A program made the position numbers and the translations under genes. This document shows, one piece after another, positions 24,069-27,354 of a stretch of 27,354 nucleotides of DNA. This stretch comes from a virus (taxonomy: Duplodnaviria; Caudoviricetes), in IMG/VR virus record IMGVR_UViG_3300031689_000043, positions 1 to 27,354 of that record; one strand, 5' to 3'. Every line of letters starts with the position of its first letter. Position 1 is the first letter of the stretch. The notes under the pieces were generated by a model, which worked only from the letters and a program-made list of their open reading frames with translations, did no database searches and was not told the origin of the DNA.

Positions 24069-24386
24069 ATGAGCTTTATAATGAAAGGTGCGCCTTACAG
24101 TACTGATAACACTCCTATTTACAATGTAGATATGGAAGATGGTGTATTAGGTAAAGCTAACAATAATGGAAGCATTACTTTAAATAACAAAATAAAAGAT
24201 CCTGAACAGATAGACGAAGTTATAGATCACGAAATGGTTCATATCGACCAAATGAAACGAGGCGATTTAGACTATGATGATGACAACGTTATATGGAAAG
24301 GTAAAAAATACTCAAGAGCTTCAATGAAAGAAGGTGCTAAAAATCTTCCTTGGGAAAAAGAAGCGTATAATAAAACTAAAAAATAA
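24069..24386 (+). CDS. minimal zincin-like metallopeptidase (HExxH, 105 aa)
   Basis: IDHEMVHIDQ with a downstream PWEKEAY third-ligand motif. Confidence 0.75.
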   Translation: MSFIMKGAPYSTDNTPIYNVDMEDGVLGKANNNGSITLNNKIKDPEQIDEVIDHEMVHIDQMKRGDLDYDDDNVIWKGKKYSRASMKEGAKNLPWEKEAYNKTKK

Positions 24387-24766
24387 TGTGGAAAGTACTA
24401 CTCGGTCTTTTAAAAGGAGGTGAAGGTAGGAAGTCTGTAGCTGGAGGTTTAGCTTGGGAAATAAGAGAAGCAATTAAAGGGAAAGAATTAGATCCCGAAA
24501 AATTAATAGAACTTCAAACCAAAATAAATCTAGCTGAAGCTTCACATAGAACCTTATTCGTTGCCGGATGGCGACCGTTTATAGGTTGGATATGTGGGTT
24601 TGCATTAGCTTACAACTTCGTTATTAGAGATCTCTTTATATGGATAACTAATACAACTGACGCTCCACCACCATTACAAATGGAACATTTAATGACCGTA
24701 CTTCTAGGTATGCTAGGATTAGGAGGTCTTAGAACATACGAAAAAATAAAAGACAAAGTAAAATAA
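24386..24766 (+). CDS. holin (3TM/GTA-type holin family)
   Basis: FVAGWRPFIGW and LLGMLGLGGLRTYEK signatures; hydrophobic helices. Confidence 0.88.
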   Translation: MWKVLLGLLKGGEGRKSVAGGLAWEIREAIKGKELDPEKLIELQTKINLAEASHRTLFVAGWRPFIGWICGFALAYNFVIRDLFIWITNTTDAPPPLQMEHLMTVLLGMLGLGGLRTYEKIKDKVK

Positions 24767-24772
24767 AAAATT

Positions 24773-25372
24773 ATGTATCAAAAAAATCAAAGTGATTTCA
24801 CTACAAGTGCTATTGATCTTCTTTTAGTTTCTACGCTAAAAGCTGAAACCGTAGTGTTAGCAAACGCTGCTTTAGTTAGCACTGTAGCTAATTTACCCGC
24901 AAGTTCAACAGCTGTTGTTTATGCCGACGGTGGAACATTTACCGGTTCAGCAACTAAAAGCACGCTAGGAACAACTGCAGGTGCTTTATATCAAGTAACC
25001 TCAGCTGCTGATGGCACAGTAGCCAGTATAACAGTAATTACTAAAGGACCTAATTCTGCATCAGGTAAAACTATTACATTTAGTTCAACCGCTTTAATAC
25101 AGGGTTTTGGAGTTCAAAATCCAGCTATAACAGGAGCAATAACATACACTCCAGCGGCGGCTAATTTAGAATTACCAAGCACGGATTTTACTCAACATCC
25201 GGTATCTCTATACGCTGGAACCGCATGTGACGTAACTCTAACATTAGCAAGTGATTCTACTGAAGTAAAATTTGTAGGTGTAGCAGCTGGAACTTTTTTA
25301 AGCGTACTATGTTCTAACGTTAATCTTGCGGCAGCTGGAAGTGCAACATCAGGATTACTAGCTCTTAGATAA
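24773..25372 (+). CDS. putative structural protein (199 aa)
   Basis: A/T/S-rich; C-terminal LYAGTACDV...FVGVAAGTFL...LLALR beta domain typical of spike/decoration proteins (inference). Confidence 0.7.
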   Translation: MYQKNQSDFTTSAIDLLLVSTLKAETVVLANAALVSTVANLPASSTAVVYADGGTFTGSATKSTLGTTAGALYQVTSAADGTVASITVITKGPNSASGKTITFSSTALIQGFGVQNPAITGAITYTPAAANLELPSTDFTQHPVSLYAGTACDVTLTLASDSTEVKFVGVAAGTFLSVLCSNVNLAAAGSATSGLLALR

Positions 25373-25390
25373 TAATAATAATAATAATAA
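25370..25390 (+). repeat. (TAA)x7 microsatellite
   Basis: Seven tandem TAA triplets starting at the stop codon of ORF 24773-25372. Confidence 0.9.
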
Positions 25391-25408
25391 TCAATTAAAT
25401 TAAATCAA

Positions 25409-25666
25409 ATGAAAAAAGTAGAAAGTAAAGAAGTATCAAAAATTACAAGTGAGCAATTAGAAGTAATCACAAAGCATCAAAAAGATTTAAACAAATCTTT
25501 AACTAATATTGGCTTTTTAGAAACTCAAAAGCATAGCTTACTGCATGAGTATGCTGGAATTGTAGATGACATTGAAAAGTATAAAAAAGAATTAGAAGAT
25601 ATTTACGGAGCCATCAATATAAATATAGAAGACGGAACATATACTGAAATTGAAAAAGAGGAATAG
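25409..25666 (+). CDS. coiled-coil hypothetical protein (85 aa)
   Basis: ORF track; LEDIYG.ININIEDG C-terminal motif. Confidence 0.75.
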   Translation: MKKVESKEVSKITSEQLEVITKHQKDLNKSLTNIGFLETQKHSLLHEYAGIVDDIEKYKKELEDIYGAININIEDGTYTEIEKEE

Positions 25667-25893
25667 TGGACAATATCATAAGAAAAATCAGCATTGGTTC
25701 TGATTATAAAAATGATGCTATGCACTACGCGGTTGGTCAGTCTGTATATGGAGGCCATACGATATCTCATATTCTTTTTGAAGAAGACGAGCAATCGTAT
25801 AATATACATATAAAAAAGAGTGATGAGATTTTGCCTTGGAAGAAGTTTAATAAAAACATGGCAGTATCAATTGAATACGATTTAGAATATTAA
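25666..25893 (+). CDS. hypothetical protein (75 aa)
   Basis: GTG start overlapping the upstream TAG; IRKISIG.DYK.DAMHY motif. Confidence 0.75.
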   Translation: MDNIIRKISIGSDYKNDAMHYAVGQSVYGGHTISHILFEEDEQSYNIHIKKSDEILPWKKFNKNMAVSIEYDLEY

Positions 25894-26498
25894 TGAATAG
25901 TATTCACCAATTCATAGTAAAACCTATAGGTGAAAGATATAATAACGAGTTAACTATTGGTGATAAAAAACTAATAGTTAATTCTAGTATCTCTGACCAT
26001 AAGTTTGTAAATAGAGAAGCAGAAATAATAGCTACGCCTTTAGCTTATAAAACTAAGTTAAGTAAAGGTGATAGAGTTATTGTTCATCACAATCTATTTA
26101 GAAGATACTACAACGTGAAAGGTAAGTCAGTTAATAGCACTAAATTCTTTAAAGATGATATGTGCTTTGCTTCTATCGATCAGGTTTATATGAAAAAGAG
26201 CAAAAGCTCTTGGGAAACCCTAGACAACTACTGCTTTATTAAGCCTGTGGTTGATAAGGACACTTCTAACTTAAGTAAGCTTAAAAAGTGCATTGGTATA
26301 GTTAAATATAGTAATAGCACCTTAGAAGCTCTTAAAATCAGCAATGGAGATTTAGTCGGATTTAAAAAGAACAGAGAGTTTGAGTTTTTAATTGACGGTG
26401 AGGTACTTTATTGTATGCAATCAAATGATATTCTAATTAAGTATGAAAATAAAGGAAACGAAACTGAATATAATCCAAGCTGGGCAAATAGCAGTTGA
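25893..26498 (+). CDS. putative tandem GroES-fold protein (201 aa)
   Basis: Both halves show GroES-like patterns: FIVKP...KGDRVIV and LDNYCFIKP...GIVKY...NGDLVGF...FLIDGEVLYCMQSNDIL. Confidence 0.65.
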   Translation: MNSIHQFIVKPIGERYNNELTIGDKKLIVNSSISDHKFVNREAEIIATPLAYKTKLSKGDRVIVHHNLFRRYYNVKGKSVNSTKFFKDDMCFASIDQVYMKKSKSSWETLDNYCFIKPVVDKDTSNLSKLKKCIGIVKYSNSTLEALKISNGDLVGFKKNREFEFLIDGEVLYCMQSNDILIKYENKGNETEYNPSWANSS

Positions 26499-26715
26499 AG
26501 AACTTATAAAGGTAGCAAAAGAAAAGATCGTAGACTCAGAAGATGATATCTCGGCTGATAGACTTAAAAATGCTGCCGCTACTAAAAAGTTAGCTATATT
26601 TGATGCTTTTGAAATATTAGCTAGGATAGAAGCTGAAGAAAATATTTTAAATGACAAACCATTAGAAGCAAAAGTAGAAGCTTTTAAAGGATTTGCAGAA
26701 GGTAGATCAAAATGA
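26443..26715 (+). CDS. putative terminase small subunit (90 aa)
   Basis: Helical protein immediately upstream of, and ATGA-coupled to, the large terminase; function inferred from position. Confidence 0.5.
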   Translation: MKIKETKLNIIQAGQIAVEELIKVAKEKIVDSEDDISADRLKNAAATKKLAIFDAFEILARIEAEENILNDKPLEAKVEAFKGFAEGRSK

Positions 26716-27354
26716 TTTATATTCAAAATCTATATAGTGTAGTTGATAACCACATAAAACCTCATATTGTAAAAAGAAAAAACCGTTACAACCAATGGGA
26801 TTACGGATATAACAAAGAGCATGATGTTGTTGTTATAAGCAAGACAGGTAAGATAGGTGAAATATACGAGATTCAAAATCTAAAAATAGCATTACCTTTA
26901 GCTGAAAAAGTATATAAAAGATCTAAAAAAACTAACGAGCAATTCTGGGAAGTTAAAAAGCTACCTGAAGAATTAAAAAAAATACAAACAGTCTTTGACT
27001 GGAATCAATACCCGCAAGGGTTTAAAGATAAATGGTATGACTATATTAACCAAGAATTTATCAAACGTGAAGAAGGTTATTGGTACTACAACAAAGGTAT
27101 TCCTACTTATATTACTGGTACTCAGTACATGTACTTGCAGTGGACTAAAATTGATGTGGGGTCAGCAGACTTTAGGGAGTCAAACAGATTATTCTATATA
27201 TTCTGGGAAGCTTGCAAGGCAGACAATCGTAGTTACGGAATGTGCTATCTTAAGAACAGGCGTTCTGGATTCTCATTCATGGCATCCGCAGACACTGTTA
27301 ACCTCGCTACAATATCAAGAGATGCTAGGTTTGGGATACTCTCTAAATCGGGAG
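26712..27354 (+). CDS. terL: terminase large subunit (5' part, runs off the window)
   Basis: Manual translation MIYIQNLYS...PTYITGTQYMYLQW...GMCYLKNRRSGFSFM; the YITG.xYxYL and Walker A-like KxRRxGFS motifs match Bacteroidota/crAss-like terminases. Confidence 0.88.
   Translation, partial: MIYIQNLYSVVDNHIKPHIVKRKNRYNQWDYGYNKEHDVVVISKTGKIGEIYEIQNLKIALPLAEKVYKRSKKTNEQFWEVKKLPEELKKIQTVFDWNQYPQGFKDKWYDYINQEFIKREEGYWYYNKGIPTYITGTQYMYLQWTKIDVGSADFRESNRLFYIFWEACKADNRSYGMCYLKNRRSGFSFMASADTVNLATISRDARFGILSKSG

Noticed and set aside
11627-26726. Minus-strand ORFs within the late module, including the 182-aa frame opposite groEL
   Set aside because: They are antisense shadows of well-supported plus-strand genes and show no motifs.
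1-27354. Stop-codon reassignment as seen in some crAss-like phages
   Set aside because: Long genes are intact in the standard code, TAG and TGA act as stops at gene overlaps, and no suppressor tRNA was seen.

Overview
This 27.4-kb window is AT-rich tailed-phage DNA. The terminase type, A-rich gene starts without Shine-Dalgarno sites and the gene content suggest a Bacteroidota (Flavobacteria)-infecting, crAss-like-related phage; the host is inferred. Positions 1-5030 form a minus-strand, early-type module: an ATP-dependent DNA ligase, about 20 tiny ORFs, tRNA-Gln(TTG) and tRNA-Gly(TCC). The module also holds two tRNA-shaped RNAs whose anticodon arm is replaced by a 49-60 nt structured domain. 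Six copies of a 32-bp bipartite motif (TACAAASTAARTACGA-N8-GGATAATA on the minus strand) punctuate it and supply the stop codons of four genes. A 0.5-kb non-coding strand-switch region (5027-5537) carries TGACA palindromes and a hairpin whose 20-bp arm recurs inverted at 14-33. The plus strand carries two giant tail-fibre/adhesin genes, three receptor-binding-type genes with a shared N-terminus, groEL followed by groES, and a run of small low-complexity proteins sharing an SP motif. It ends with a holin, a tandem GroES-like protein, a putative small terminase and the 5' part of the large terminase. All calls come from manual reading; no searches were run.
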